A stretch of DNA of 64,000 nucleotides from Botryllus schlosseri (GCA_051294905.1 CM119371.1:1118001-1182000), one strand, 5' to 3'; counted from the first letter of the stretch, positions 1 to 15,247 are shown. Translations and numbers: made by a program. Notes: generated by a model from the letters alone, not told the origin.

Positions 1-684
1 CATGATTCGACAAACTCCTATGACTCGAAAAATTCTATATGACTTGAATCAAGTGTCGCGTAACAGGTTGTGGAACTGTTTGAGACTCGTGTCTAGTCAT
101 GAATCGAGTTATTACAAGTCTCAATTTGCTTCTGTTTAAATTTCATTATCAGCTAACAGAGAAGTTGATTCTTACAATTTTGAAAAATTACTGGCAAATT
201 AGTACCAGAAGGCTAAGCAAAAGCCCGCGGCAGCACATTGTCTCAATATGCTTAATAATACTACTGACACCAGTACTGTTCAGAAATACTGAATTTAAAT
301 ATTACTTCAAGTCGTTGATGACAAGTCTTGTAAATCGCTTGTAATTGCCTAAAATGAACAGCATTACTGCTACTTCAATCGCCAGACAGTGTAAGGCTAG
401 AGCCAGGTTTGCAATGACTCCATCCGAGTCGGACTCGAGTCAATATCTTAATATTGGATATCGACTCGATTTGAGTCACTTTGTCTCTTGACTCGAAGCG
501 AGCCATTTTTTTAATTTCAAGATAATGACTGTAAGACATTTAAAAATTTGCAAACCTACCGTTTAGTGAATTTATTGAAAAGTTTGCGAACCACTGGGTT
601 ACAAGATCATAATTGTAATGCGACCTCAATGTCGATGCCAATCTCAATTGTGTCTTGAAAAGTATGTCACGGTATTAAACTAAC

Positions 685-759
685 CTTGTATTACAATGGA
701 AAATGATGTTGCTTGAAAGTTGAAAAATTGCTTGGATCTGATCCATAGAAAGACCTCGT
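685..759 (-). CDS. Putative exon, phase 2-2
   Basis: ttacag|RGLSMDQIQAIFQLSSNIIFHCNT|gttagt. Confidence 0.3.
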
Positions 760-2439
760 CTGTAATGGCAAAGAAAAGACACGTCGGTTAATATGCCATT
801 CAAATTCAAACTTTACAGTCAGCCAATGTGTTGAGACTTTTTGTAACAGGCAAAAGCAGTTATATCAGTCGTGACGTCACATAATGAAAAAAGGCTCAAA
901 TCCGGAATCATTGATATGGCGATGAAAGAAAATCAGAACTTACCCATACGGCACCTTTCAGCCTGTTAGACATTGATGTTCGTCAGATTGATCGGCTGAG
1001 ATTGCCGTACGAATGTCCTTTTTGATCCAACTGATGAAGCATCGGAGGAATAGGACTTAAAATGAATGTCATGTGATGATCTTCCATGAGCAAGATCTCT
1101 ATTAGAAGAATGAGGACATGAAAATTTGACAAGGTCATGCCATTTCCCACACACATGATGTAGGCTACTATGCAGAAAGTATGGCATAATTAGATATGAA
1201 GAGGTGAGAGGTGCGATATGACTTCTTACTGACAATGATAGCATACATTAGCACATTGTATTCGAAGACTCAACACACCATGAACAGCATACACACAACT
1301 CACAATCTAATAACAGTAGTTTCATATAGAGAATGTTACTTAAAAGTATCCACTGAGAGATCAAACTAACGTAGCATGTGACTGTTTCATTATGGAAGAT
1401 ACTGATTCTTCTATTTGTAAGACTACTTACACTCATTGGCAACCACGAGATGCACTTCATGCTTTTTTCAAGTTTCATTCCAAGCGGACGTCCTTCTTGA
1501 TAGTTGGAGAGAGACATCTGAGAATGTTAAGTGCATTAAAGATGAATGGCTCTTATATGAATGGGTGTTCTGATCAATAGATTCACTGATTGTTTCCAGA
1601 ACGCTATGCACTGCATTACTAATACTGATTTATAGTGGAGAAAAGAAATAATTCACATATTTCGATTTTTTGTCAACTTGACTCGCCTCGAGTCATTTCC
1701 TTGGACAATGGAAATGGCAAATGACTCCAGTTCACTTGTGACACTTTGTGTGTGGACTCAATTTATAGGCCTACTACAGTCAATACGCATGTCTCTATGA
1801 ATTTATATGACTCAGTCATTCCATATTACTTGATTCGAGTCTCTTTTATCAGGATCAATACTGGAAAAATAGGCAATAAATTGTCTGAGACTCGAGACAA
1901 GTCAATTCCTGACTCGAGTTACTACAAGCCTGAATATAGCCAATGTATGGTTATAAAAGGATAGTGTATCGAAAATCTTGACTATTTGCGTTGCTGTTGT
2001 TCATTATCAGTTAATCGAGAAGATGATTCTAGTCATTTCCTAGGCTATTACTTGCAAATTATTACTAAAAATCTGCAACACATTCAGTCAATCTATTCAG
2101 TAAAACAACATACTCGGGTACTTATAAGAACTCCCGCTTTTGAATATTACTTCAAGTAGTTACAACAAGTCTCAAATTGCTCACAATTTATTAGAAAATA
2201 AGGGGTCGATTCCAGAATTCCTACCTAAGGGTTGGAGATTTATGTAGGCTCCTACAGGCAATTACACAAAGATCCTGCATAGTAGTTAACAGACCGAATT
2301 AGCTACTCAATTATATGCAGTTTATACATAGTGTAGGAGTATAATGTAACAGGCAACATTGCGATAGATATTCCTGAGTCTTAAAGTGCACGTAACACGT
2401 GTTGCGAGATTCATTTGCTAAACCTACTTGCATTACTGT

Positions 2440-2757
2440 TGGTCGTATCGATTACTATCGAATGGCTTGCATTTTAATGTAGGCTACTAATTTTCCTCGC
2501 TTTTAGCAGTTTCTGGTTGCATTTTCAAGTACGAATAGTGTGGTCACTTCACTATTCTTTGAAATTACAATGAAATGTTGGTCTCGGCCGTCTGAGTCAC
2601 ATGTCATATGACTTGGTTCGAGTCATGCCCAATGACTCAAGTCCAAGTCACGTCAATTTGCAGATTGACTTGAGTCGAGAAGATTAATTTCCGTATTCTG
2701 AGAAAATGACTCGAGTCAAGTCATCAGAAAATCGTGACTCGAGTCATTACATCCCTG
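2440..2757 (-). mobile_element. GACTCGAGTC-rich MITE end (family A)
   Basis: Reverse complement of 3631-3920 and similar to 8537-8740; CAGGG-type terminus; related pieces at 1-120, 405-500, 1670-1932, 2760-2940, 3950-4160, 41466-42437 and 60572-60775. Confidence 0.75.
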
Positions 2758-3630
2758 TTGCTACTTGTCGAGTCGGACTCGAGTCATTATCTTAAAAATG
2801 GAAAATGACTCTACTCGAGTCACTTTGTGTTTTGAATCGACATATGCTCGTGTCATTGAACAATTGAACATGGTTCTACAACTCATGTGACTCAAAACAT
2901 TCTTCTCGACTTGATTCAAGTCTCGCATATTAGTACTTAAAAAACAGGCCCAGAACTGTGTTTTATCTAGTTTACTAAGCAATTTACGAGTGACCAACAT
3001 GGGTATATTACGGTTGTTACTGGTGGTGGAGAGAAAATACCAAATATTCAGATCTGGAATCACTGTTTTTTTTTCAAAAATTCAAATTCATACTTTAGTC
3101 ACTTTTAACCTCCCCAGTATGTCTGCCAGACGTTGATGATGTTGGTCAGATTGCAACTGATCGGTTGATATTGAAACGCAATTGGTTTTTATGATGAGCT
3201 TATGATGCATTACAGGAGCAGGCCTTCAATGATACGTTATGTGCGATCATCTTCTGCTTGCAATCCACTGTAACAAAATCAAGAATGTTGGTGTGAGTTG
3301 TAATCAATGAACGTATCAATCTAGAACAGGTTTTTCGACCCAGGTATTCCTACCAGCAGATGTGGTATATAGAGAGTTGGTCAGATCAGAGTACTCGAAT
3401 GTGATTCAAGTATTAATCATGACTTCACTAACATGTCATTTCCACAAACATAGTTTTGAACGACTATTTTTGTATGCTCTTAACAAGCAATCTAGATTCA
3501 AGGCTTCTGTAGTGTAAAAAAAATTATTATAACCATAATTTTTGTCGATGAATGAACTCCTACTGGTAACTAGTCCAGGACTAGTATGAGTTAATTTATC
3601 AACAAAATTTAAGGTTTTAATAATATTGTA

Positions 3631-3920
3631 CCAGGGTTATAATGACTCGAGTCAAGATTTTCTGATGAATCGGGTCATTTTATCAAATTATGGGAATGAC
3701 TCGACTTGAGTCAATCTGCGTATTGACTTGACTTGGTCTCGAGTCATTCCGGATGACTCGAGACACAGACGGCCAAGACCGACATGTTATTGTATTTTCG
3801 AACAATAGTAAAGTAACCACACTATTGGGATTTCTTCTATTGATACTCGTACCTGAAAATGCAACCAGAAACTGCTAAAGTGAGGAGCATGAGTAAACAA
3901 TAAATGTGAACCATTCGATA
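3631..3920 (+). mobile_element. GACTCGAGTC-rich MITE end (family A)
   Basis: CAGGGTTATAATGACTCGAGTC start; inverted relative to 2440-2757. Confidence 0.75.
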
Positions 3921-4979
3921 TTTCCAAACAGAGTTATAAAAAGTTAATTTAATCAGACTTTAACTGGAAACTGAGCAGTCAACAACAGTGACTTGGATTG
4001 GAATCATAATACCATGACTCGGACTCAACCCTCTGCTCGCTCACTTGGACACGGACGTGACTCAGTGGTGAATTGAAAATGACTCGACTCGATACCAAAT
4101 CAAAACTATAAAAGTAAGATTGACGTGTGACTCAGAGCCTTATGACTTGGTTACAACTATGCCTCGCAAGGTATTTTGTTATTGAATAGTACACAGACTT
4201 GTACAAGCTTAGGCTATAATTTAGGTAGTTGCCGGAAACTAACAACCGGTTTTTGAGTGGTTTCAACTTCCAGTCGCGTATTTTAAAAAGTGAGTCGTTT
4301 TAGTTCGAATAGCGCATTTGAAAGGAAAATAAAAATGAAAAAGGGAAAACACGTGTCATCGTTCGGCCCAAATCAATCTTTTGCATTTTCGTTCTTTTCC
4401 AATTTCTTCCATTCTATTGTGCCGAGATCTTCAGCGGCTTGCGTTCCTATACAGAAAGCGACATAGGGTCAATGACGTCAGCATTGTAATTTTGTAGAAC
4501 TTTTGATAGGTCAATCGGAGGTGGGTTGGCTACTTACTAAGCTACGTCTTGACTTGGACAAAAAGAAAATTTTGAGCTTTTCTGAATTAGATTAGAATAC
4601 GAGCTACACAAGTTTCTCCAAATTAGATTAGAATAAGAATTACTGATTTTGCAAAAATTGTCAATGGGCCTACACCAAGCCTGGCTCGTTTTTTACTATA
4701 CCAGGGGCCACCGCAATTGCATTCGATCTGATTTGAGATTTTGGAAGTACGCGAAATAAAGCATTTTGAAATGCTAAAATTGATTTCAGTTTCGGAATTA
4801 TTATTGTTGTTGTTTCAAAATAAGCTATTCGCGTGCGCCCAACAACACTATTCCGCACTAACCGAAACTGCTTCTGCGATGGCAGCAGCATCCATAGAGG
4901 GAGAGTCTGCTTATCTCAATAAGCATATTGTCTTGACATGCAATGGCCGAGACACTGTCAAGACAAAGCGACCCAGGAC

Positions 4980-5495
4980 TAGGGCTGGGCAAAATCGAGT
5001 ACCTGAGTGATTCGATTCTGAATCACGTAATATGCTTCGAGTCGAGTCGAGTAATCGAGTATCAGTCATAATGACGTCATAACAGAATGCAATACGCCAA
5101 AGTTCAAATATGTACCGTTTATGCCCCCACAAAGAATATAATGTCTTTTATCCATCTCATAAAAGATACTTTGGTATTTTTTCGACCATACCGATTTCAT
5201 TCCACTTGGTGACAATATTGTTGGATAATCATGACTTCGGAAATGTGCTACGTCCAGTACCCTTCGTAGCTTTGTACTATATGTTTCGAATGCTACGATA
5301 CCTCCAGTCAAGGTACAAGGCTTCAACAGTGAAAATTAGTTTCGAAACTATAATTCTCGTTGATAAATCAACTTTCAATGGAGAGAAGCGTATAATTTCA
5401 GTACTCGAAAAAATCGTATTCGTCTACTCGACTCGAATCATTAAAATTAATACTCGATTCAGATTCGAGTACTCGAATCATTGTGCCCAGCCCTA
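4980..5495 (+). mobile_element. Non-autonomous hAT element (family B)
   Basis: TIR TAGGGCTGGGCA...TGCCCAGCCCTA; 8-bp TSD CCCAGGAC at 4972-4979 and 5496-5503. Confidence 0.9.
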
Positions 5496-7599
5496 CCCAG
5501 GACGTCCCCACAGGATCAATGTTTAGGATGACATAGTCTTTCAGATTAGATTAAAATTAGATTACTGCAGTTCGCTCACTTCTGCCTAGAAGTGGCATAA
5601 TGAAAGGTGTTGATAGAGAAAACACACTTCAAGTGTTTGGAAAGCAAAGTCTCTCTTTAAAAACCGGTGATCAACTCTTTTTACGTTTTTTTGGATAGGC
5701 TTCTCTCATGCCACTTTGCTAACACACAATCAAAATGACAAATCCTGTTACGAGTGCTTCATTTTATATGGCACACCACATTTGCAGGATGTTGTGAAAG
5801 TAAGATATTTTTGAATCAGGGTGAAGTTCAGAGAATGCTTCACGTAAAATTTCCATCTAAACTGCATGACACATATCTTATTACCTTGTAAGGTCTTCTG
5901 AGAAAACTGAACTCCAGCAAACCTGTCAGGTATCGTGCTTGTGGCCTGATTTGGGCACACTAGCCGGCATTTCATTTTCCGTCTTTTTTCTTGAGTGACC
6001 GAATCTTCCGACGAATATTATCTTGAAACGAAGTCGGTTGGGATTTTATTGAGTATAGGAATCATTTGAGAAGTTGTTTCGTTTTTTAGCTTCCGTTCTA
6101 TGAGAAATTCTGATCTACGCTGTTCTTTGATTTCAGGAGCTATCCTAGAATGGAGGAGTCCGTTCAAATGACCGAGAAATACAGCCCTCGTATCTGATAT
6201 CTTGATATATTTTCAGAAATAGCACCAAGGCTATTAGAGATGTCAATAGTTTAGAGCAGCGGTTCTCACAGTTTTTAGCGCGACCAAATTTTGTGTTACT
6301 TTACATTTTGCAATCCAAGATTCGCACACAGTAAAAATGCATTTCTGACACAAGTAAGCCCATACAACTATTTTACGAGCATGTATGAATCAGACAAGGT
6401 GCAGACAAAAAGAAGGTCGATATCAAAGTACGCTACCTATACTTTTCCGGAGTACTCAAGTAGATTTCATTAGATCTGCTAACCATATTTAGGCAGAACC
6501 ACTTACTTTTTCGACTTTGGATTTTGCAAACTAGAAGTTGGTTTTGGGATAGGTTCTAAGCACTTTTACGTATGAATTTCCAAAAGGGTGCAGTGGCGTC
6601 TGTATCACTGTCATTAAATTTATTTTCAAAAATGACACCAATTATTGAAAATAATTTTTGGCTCATTTTCAATTCAGTATTTTGCATCATCAGTGCTGCC
6701 AATTAGCCACAATCGACAACACACAGCATTCGATTCAATTAGTTAGTTGCATATCTTTAAATGTCGTGGTTCGAGTTCTAGTTTCACATCTCAAAAATCC
6801 AGTGGTTTGAACTAGTTTGCTGATTTACATTATTTTAAGAAGTGTGTAGGCCTATACCAGTGATTCTCATTGGCTGAAAGATGATCAAATGTTGTCAAGC
6901 AGGAATGACGGCAGAAAATAAAGCAGATAACGATCAAAGTTAATGCCGGATATAATATCGCAAATATCAGCATCGATACGAATTTTACCTGTTTTCCAAT
7001 TAAAATTCAACACTTGGCCTGTGACTGGTCCAAAAATGTCGGGATTGATATCGATTGAAACTTCTCAAAGATTTCAAAGCGTGTTCGATTGTTTGTGTGT
7101 GAAGTTGGTGAATGCGAATCAGAGCTATCTTCTAACTTCTAACATGTACGTTGGAATTCTTCAGATCTCGTATCACTATAGATTCCGTGATGACTACACC
7201 TCGCCGATCTTTGTATTGGAACAGAAGTCCCTGAATGCATGATGGCATCGGTTTATCGAAGCACTAAAAAGGTAAACGTGTCAGTCGATAGCGAGGAAAA
7301 GCTATACAGTCGAGTATGCTATTTCGGACAGTTTTGTTTTGCTTCCTTTCGGCAAAAATAACTGGAGACACTGCTTTGTCCAAATTAACCGGAAAATCAA
7401 TTGCCCTCTTATGGCAACCCGGTGAACCCTTACACTAATCTGAAAGCCTTTCGTGAACCCCATATTTTTGTCTAGTCACAAAAAAACTATCACAATACAC
7501 ATTTACTACGTTACTATGTAACTCTAGTGCGCGGAATGACTTATGCATCAGCATCGGTGTTAAGAAAAACAAAACCATTAAAACATGATCATCACACAA

Positions 7600-8540
7600 A
7601 ATACGCGACTGTAAATCAGTGTGACTTCTGTTGTATGTGTCGGGTGTGTGTTTACTTCCCGTGAAACTCAAGACTGGCTCAGAGCAAACTTGGACAACTA
7701 GATAATTGTAGGTATCCAATTACGCTAATTAGAGGGAATTACGACAATCTAATTATAACATACTTTGTGAAGTGATCCTTTGCTGTAATTTTAATTCTAA
7801 TCTAGTTCGTGGAATGTTTCTAACCTTTAGTTTAAATTCTGATCAAATTTCTGGTTTTCCCAAAAATGCTACATGGGAACTGTATCGTGCAAATCGAGTC
7901 AAGCTTGCTGTACAGACCGTTGTCGTTCTCTTGCTCATGAGACTGAGGTATGATTTAATATGAACTGGACTTCATCCCATGTCCAAGTTTTCGCGAATTA
8001 AGTGATTCTGATTCCAATCTAACTTTGAAAAATTGTGTAGATTTAACTCTGATTCTAATCTTAATTTGAAAAAAGTCTAGTTATAATTTTAATTCTAAAT
8101 CTAGTAGAGTTTGTAAAATAACTGTGGCTTTTAGCCATCATTCTATTTCCAATGTGATTTTGAAAAGTTGAAAATGATCTAGCTGTTCAAATCTGGCTCA
8201 TAGAACCCCTGGAGTTATCGTGTGAAACCCCGGTACGGAATTATCGCTTCAAGATAACCTAATTGGAAAGTACGTTAATAGTTGTGATTCTGACATACCG
8301 AAAACTTTTTGACCCATCTAGGAAGATTGTCAGCACAAATTCGAATTTTACGTTGCATTTTTTCAGTTTGGCCCGTTTTGCATTTTCAATATTCGCAAGT
8401 TTCTTCCATTCGATTGCGTTGACACCTTCAGCGGCTTGCGTTCCTACACAAAAAATTACAGGTGGTCATGTAGTTAGCATCGCACTTTTCTACTAGTGGT
8501 AACCATAGATGGCTATACTTTCTATGTAGCTTCACGCAGG
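7600..8540 (+). repeat. Interspersed repeat rich in ATTAGATTAGA/TCTAATCTAAT motifs (family D)
   Basis: Colinear with 11935-12825; related pieces at 4340-4660, 5540-5585, 34044-34925 and 46325-47830. Confidence 0.75.
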
Positions 8541-10682
8541 GTTGTTGATTTGACTTGAGTAATTTCTTGAAATGACTCGACTCAAGTCAATTTTTGTATT
8601 GACTCGGCTTGAACTCGAGTCATTGCGTATGACTCTAACCTTGTCACATGACTCAAGACTGGGACGGCCAAGACAGACATTTCATTGTAACTTCGAAATA
8701 TAGTGAAGTCACCGCATCATTGGTATGTCTTCCATTAGTCCCAATGCAGGTAGGCCGAAATTAGACATATAAAAATGGTCCCGGGAATGAATTTTTGGGA
8801 GTTGCAACGCCTTGCATTTCAAGCTCGAAAGCCCGTCTTTTTGAAATGCCGATTCTATCTCCAATATTACTTAGCTCATTTGCAATTCAGTAGTTTGTAT
8901 TACGGTGTTATCAGTTGTTAGTTCATTGTGTTTAAGTTAGTACGGCATCAGATTTCCGAAGGTCGTTAGTTTTAGATCAGAGGTTCTAAAACTGGGGGCG
9001 TCAAACCATCTGAAGGAAGGCGCGAAGCTGTAATCTAATAAAAAAAAATTCGCTCTTTGCGCAGTTTACCTCCAATTCCATATTAGAGGATTCTCACATC
9101 AACAGTCATAACTAGGGCGATTTTTGTTACATGTCAAAAAATGTCAAAATTGTTTACAAAGTTGTAGACAAATTTTTTGCAATCTGCATTTCGTTAATAA
9201 TGTAGATTTTGCAGTGTCAGTAAACTTATCATCTGACATTTACCTCTTGCAGCCTACTTTATAGGCCTACTGTTGTAGACGGCCCATTGTCTGCTCATTG
9301 TGAATCATGAACATTCAAATTAAACAAATAAGTTTGCATGGTGTTATGCTCAACGTACCGCAATAACCTAGCTGAAGCAACACTGCGTGGGCAATGCATG
9401 GTACTTATATCAAGAAGCGTTGTACTTCTAAACATTTTAATTATTTCTACCATAATACGTAATGTTACTACTGCAATGCTTCATAGGGACAGATTTCGTT
9501 AAAATAAATTTTTTCATGTAAAAATCTTTCAGTTATGTCGGCAAAATAAAATTTTCGGGATAAACTACTTCGTAAGAACAAACAGTTCCAATCAGAGGTG
9601 AAGATAAGTAGTACAATTGCAACGTTATGTGGGAAAACAACTAATTTGTATACGTTAGATCAAATTTGGTCAGATTTTTTAGGTGGAAAATGTCAAAATT
9701 TTGATTTTTTAGGTTAAAATCATTCGATTTCAGGTAAAAAAAAAACTGATGAATACCATCCATGCCATGCCATCCATACCATCCATCCTTCTCCTTCTTT
9801 TACTTGTTCTGTTGATTTATCATCCTTTCATGTCTACTCACAGCTTAATTAACTTGAATCTCATTACTGTCCAGGTTGTTGCCCAGCTATGGTAGCCAAA
9901 CAGTCAAAAATATGTTTACAGACTGACTTGTAGAATTTTTTCAAATTTAATCGGCTTGATTGTCAAATCGTCAGGCTATCTTAAAAAATGTTGCTCACCA
10001 AATTTCACTCAATTCCAAGCAGTAGCAGCTGTGATCATTCTACTTGGGATGGGGAGGGATGTCTTCTCCACTTGTTTTGATTTTGACAAAGACCCTATGG
10101 CGCAGTGTGGATGAAGTCACCGCCAGTAAACGAAAAAAAGATATCACATGGATTAGCCGGAAATTAGTCCACCTCATTGAAATAGCCACGTTAAAATGAT
10201 GGTGAGATAATTGTCAAATAGTGTACTTTATGCGCAAAAATTAGGTAACCTGACGATTTGACAACCAAGTCGATGAAATTTGAAAAAAAGATTTTTTTTG
10301 AACAACCCTATCTTGCAGCCATTGCTAGCTCAGACTCATGACTACAGACAGCCTAGCCTGAGAATGGGTTTTGAGCGTCAGAACTCCATCTATTTCAAGT
10401 TCGAAAAAACCGTGTCCTTTTGAAAAGTCGATTCTATCTCCAATACTTCTCAGTTCATTTGTAATTCAGTAGTTTGTATTATTATCAGTTATTAGTTAGT
10501 TGTGTTTCAGTTAGTACTGCATCAGATTTTCGATGGTCGTTAGTTCTAGATCTGATTGAAGTAGCAAGTTTTGCAAAGTGAGTACAGATTTTCAAAATCC
10601 AGTAGTTTGTACAAATCTGGTTACGGCGCCGGAATAGTGGTTTAAAAGTAAGCATGGATGTATCTACACACGTTTTCTTTAC

Positions 10683-10837
10683 CATTCAGCGAATCGATAC
10701 AATTTGTCACTTCTTCGGAAGTGAGGTCTTGAATTGGACATGAGCACATCCCTTGGACATGACAATGGCGGAATTGATGGCAATCTGAATACAAGATGTC
10801 AAAGTGACAGCAACATATTGAAATATACGGAAACGTG
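10683..10837 (-). CDS. Putative Cys/His-rich exon
   Basis: ttttccag|TFPYISICCCHFDILYSDCHQFRHCHVQGMCSCPIQDLTSEEVTNCIDSLN|gtaaag. Confidence 0.4.
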
Positions 10838-11779
10838 CTGGAAAACAATGAATATGCATCTGATCACCAAACGTACAATGCATTTGATATCGAAAAGGAA
10901 GCATCAAGTTTCCCATTACATTGAACTTTTTTATATTTGCCTTCATTCATTTTGATTTTTGGATGACACACATTGATCAGCAACTTGTGGGTCATGACCC
11001 CAAGCGGGGTCACCCAAACTATTTGTGGGGCCGCAAAGACTCAATGATGTTCAAGCCAGGTTGATTCGTGCCTTAAGCTATATTAAAAATTCCTTCACTT
11101 TATCATATTGCTAAGTTGGTCGGACTGATACTGAGATGCCAACGGTTGTATAATGAGGCATAGCTACCCATAGAGGCAATTTTCAAGCTGTCATATGTGA
11201 GCGTGTTTGTGAAAGCACGGGCTGTTATAATGGTTTTGCGTAGAAGAGAGAGAGATTGGATATTTTGTATCATTCACTCATGGCTCATGAACTAGAGATG
11301 TTCAAGACACAGATTAATAACTTCGCAAAGAGGCAACTGGAGTGGAATATGGCGTTATTGAAAAATCATTACGGTAGTTTTCTGAAAAAAAACTACGGCG
11401 GAAAATAGTTAGAGGATAAGCTTGCATTGCATCTATGAGGGAAATTGGCATGCCACCAAGGAAAATCAACACTGCATCACCGATACCAACTTTATTTTTG
11501 AAAATTGCAGATTCTGTCATTTCATTTCACGTTTCTCGCGGGGATGTATCTGTAATTGCGAAAATTACTTCTACTAATTATAAGTGACACGTCTACTAAA
11601 TCTACTTCTTCAAACTACTCAATCGAGTAATTTTAAGACGTTATCATTTCTACTTTCACTCCACAATAACTACTATGACTTTACGATGTAAGTAAGGCGA
11701 CGGCGGCTTGGCACTGGATTTCCCTGCACAATAAGGATATTCTTGCTAACTCGTTGCAAAATGCCTCGGACAAAGAGGC

Positions 11780-12825
11780 ATTTTCAGGAGAACAATAAAT
11801 TAGATTGGAAATAAAATTAGAGCATTTGAACATTTAACAAATTAGATTAGAATTAGAACTTAGGATCATATCGCAAATTTGCTCAGAATTAGATTACTGG
11901 CATTTCACTATAATTTAGTTGAAGTCTGATTACAGGCACTGTATATCATAGTGACTTCTGCTGTATGAGTCGCGTGAGTGTTTTGACTGACGGTGAACCC
12001 GGAGACTAGCTCAGCATGACGTGGACAACTATATAATTCTAGTTGACCAATTACGCTAATTAGAACAAAATGTCTGTAATTTGATTCTAATATAGTTTGT
12101 AAAATGTTTCATTGCTCTAACTATAATTCTGATCTAATTTCTGGTTTTCCGTAAAATGCTACAAGAGAACTGTAGCGAGCGAAACGAGTCAAGGTTGGTG
12201 TGCAAACATTTGACATTCTCAAACTTATGAGAATGAGGTTTGATTTGATATGAATTGAACTTGATCACATTATCAAGATTTTGCGAATTCAGTAATTCTG
12301 ATTCCAATCTAATTTGTTAAAACTGTGTAGCTAATACTTTAATTCTAATCTAGTTAAAAAAAATGTACAGTTATAATTCTAATTCTAGCATGATTTGTCA
12401 AAAACTGTTCAGCTAGCATTCTAATTACAATCTGATTTGAAAAGGCTGCAAATGATCTAGTTGTCCAAGTCTGGCTCATAGCAACCCGTGGGGTTGCCGT
12501 GTGAAGACTGGTTAGGAACAACTGCTTCAAGGTCATTACAAAAAATGCTAACAGTTGTGATGTTGACATACCTTCAACTTTTATCGACGACACTTCTAGG
12601 AAGTTTCGAACACAAAGTCCAGTTGTAGAGAAAGATTATTCCGTTTGGCTTGTTTTTCCTCTTCAATCGATCCACGTTTCTTCCATTCTATTGTGCTGAG
12701 ACCTTCAGCGGCTTGCGTTCCTACACATAAAGACACAGTTGGTCAATGTAATGAGCATTGCAATTTTCTATTAGTGTTAATTGGTTATTCAAAGGTGGCT
12801 ACTTTCGACTTAGCTTCACGACTAA
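11780..12825 (+). repeat. Family D repeat
   Basis: Direct, diverged copy of 7600-8540. Confidence 0.75.
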
Positions 12826-13487
12826 GGCAAAATGATTCATGACACTAACAGACAATGCACAGGTAGCATCTTCAAAGCTATTTTTAAATACTGTGACACA
12901 CAGGGCAGTTATTCACGAAAATAAGTGATGCAACTTATCCTAAAACCAATTAAAACTTTTCAAAATTCAAATTGTGAGAGAAGTAGTTTGATCTCAAATT
13001 TGGCTTGTGCGTTGTCTAAAAACATAACAAAAAGTTCATCATGCAGTTCAAGTATGGTACCGTACTGAAAATTTTCAGGAAATAAAATGTAGTCAGATGC
13101 TACTCAAGAGATAATTTTCCCAATAAACTTCAAGTTGTAACATTGAATGCAAACTTGACAAGTTGATGGATGATAGCCATTAAAATAGCTAACAAGGTTG
13201 AGAACCACTGGTCGATTAGCAGTCATACGGGAACAACATCGCTTAGAAATTATGATGATTCAACAAGATACAAATGTATCGGAAGCTGAACGTTACTTTG
13301 ACAAAATGTGTTATCCGGAAGTTTATGATATCGTGCCACGCCATGGACTGCAGGTCTGCCCAATATAATACAATTTCACATCTCAATCTGAAAATGCAAC
13401 AAGTTGTAGGCTAGTCCTCTTGTGAGAAAATACACATCAAATTTTGAGGTGATTTAGAAATTCGTTACGTATCTTTCTGCATCCTGT

Positions 13488-13890
13488 CTAGGGCTGAGAA
13501 AAATCGAGTGCCTGAATAAATCGATTCTGAATCACCAAATATGCTTCGAGCCATATCAAGTAATCTAGTATCACTCATCACGATGTCCTACCGTTTTTGC
13601 CACCACAAAGATTATAATATATTGCCTGTTAGCCATCTCATAAAATATGCTTTAGTATACTTTTCGACCATACCGATTTCATTCCACTCGGTGACAATGT
13701 TGTGTGACAATCATGACTTCAAAAATGTGCTTCGTAGCTTTGTACTAAATGTTCCGTGTGCTACAATATAGCCAATAAGGTTTCGAGGCTTCGAAAGTGA
13801 AAATAAGTACCACAACTATAATTCTTGTTGATAAATTAACTTTCAGTGGTGAGAAGCCTATAATTTCAATACCTGAAAAAATCGTTTTCA
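13488..13890 (+). mobile_element. Partial family B hAT copy
   Basis: Starts TAGGGCTGAGAAAAATCGAGTGCCTGA and is colinear with 4980-5420; right end missing. Confidence 0.75.
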
Positions 13891-15247
13891 TGACATCACA
13901 AAATCATGACAACACAATTTACATTGCTGTAATTTTTATATCAAACTGTTTAAAGCAGCCTATACCCTATAACTCGTTTCAGAAGATTTTTATTAGTGAA
14001 GTCGAAGAAGACTTGTCAGAAAAAAATCGTAAAATTTCAACCGTACATTCTATGTACATCTGAACGTAAAATAGAGTTTAACCCACACCAAAGTTGCAGC
14101 CCTTTGAAAATAAACCCAAGAATCAAAATTGAGATGGTGGTTCTTAACCAGTTGGTTGTGTCAGAAGCATGTTGGAAGTTGTCTTGATTCTATCATGTTT
14201 GGCAGGGTGTTGGACTGATGCCGAGATGCCAATGATTGTATATTGAGTTATATTGAGCTATTAATACAGAGGTGATTTTCAAGCTGTGATATGTTATCGT
14301 ATTTATGACCTCACAACCTGCCGTAGTGGTCTGGAAGAGAGGCACATGGGATATTTGGCATTGGCGTCATTTACCCATGGCTCAGCAGCAAGAAGATAGT
14401 ATCTGATAGTTGTTAGTATCTGATAGTTGTTCAACACACAGATGAATAGATTTGCGCAGCCGTGGAAGCATGGATACAACTAGAGTGGAACACGGTGTTA
14501 TGGAAAAAATTTATTTGCGGTACGGTGGCTTTTTGAAGAAAATGTCAGCGGTCAAAAATTATTTTTTCATTTCATTTTCAATTGAGGGCCATTTCATATT
14601 TAGAGCGCAATACCACTGAAAATAATCATTTTAGAATACTTTTGTGTATCCACATTTCCTTGTAATTGCAGCTGCAACATTACTCGTTAGATCTTTTTCA
14701 TTATCAGAAAACAATATGTGGTCGAATGTAAATGCTGGTTTTATTTCCATTTATTTCCACTTGAAAAAATTGCCAAACACTCGCCAAGAGTACGTCACCA
14801 CCACTATAGTGAAAAACTTCGTTCTGTATATTGACCCCCACAGGTACCTGGTCGTACGAGCCTTGATCTGCCAAGATGCAAATTCCTCTTGTCCCCCTCC
14901 TAATTCTTTTGCTTCTTCTGTTGGTTGAGCAACCTTTACCCTTCGGTTCTGCTCACAGCTTGATATACTCGAAGCTCATTCCCGCCCGGGGTCTCGCTCT
15001 AAAATGGCAGTCACCCATAAGTTTACAGTCAGTCTTGTACAGACTATCAATATAGTTAGTTGGCGATCAACTAACTACTGGTTATTCAGAAGTTATAATT
15101 CTAGTTGTTTATCGGCAAAAATTTTCTGTTCACCCCATGAAAGTGTAAGGTTGTCTATACTATGGAAACTATGATCACCAAATTTGGTTCAATTCCAACC
15201 AGTGGACCACAGGCTAATACTCACCAGAATTGATAGTATGTATAATA

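Noticed and set aside
5110..5526. 138-aa ORF
   Set aside because: Lies within a family B MITE; the frame is not conserved in the other copies
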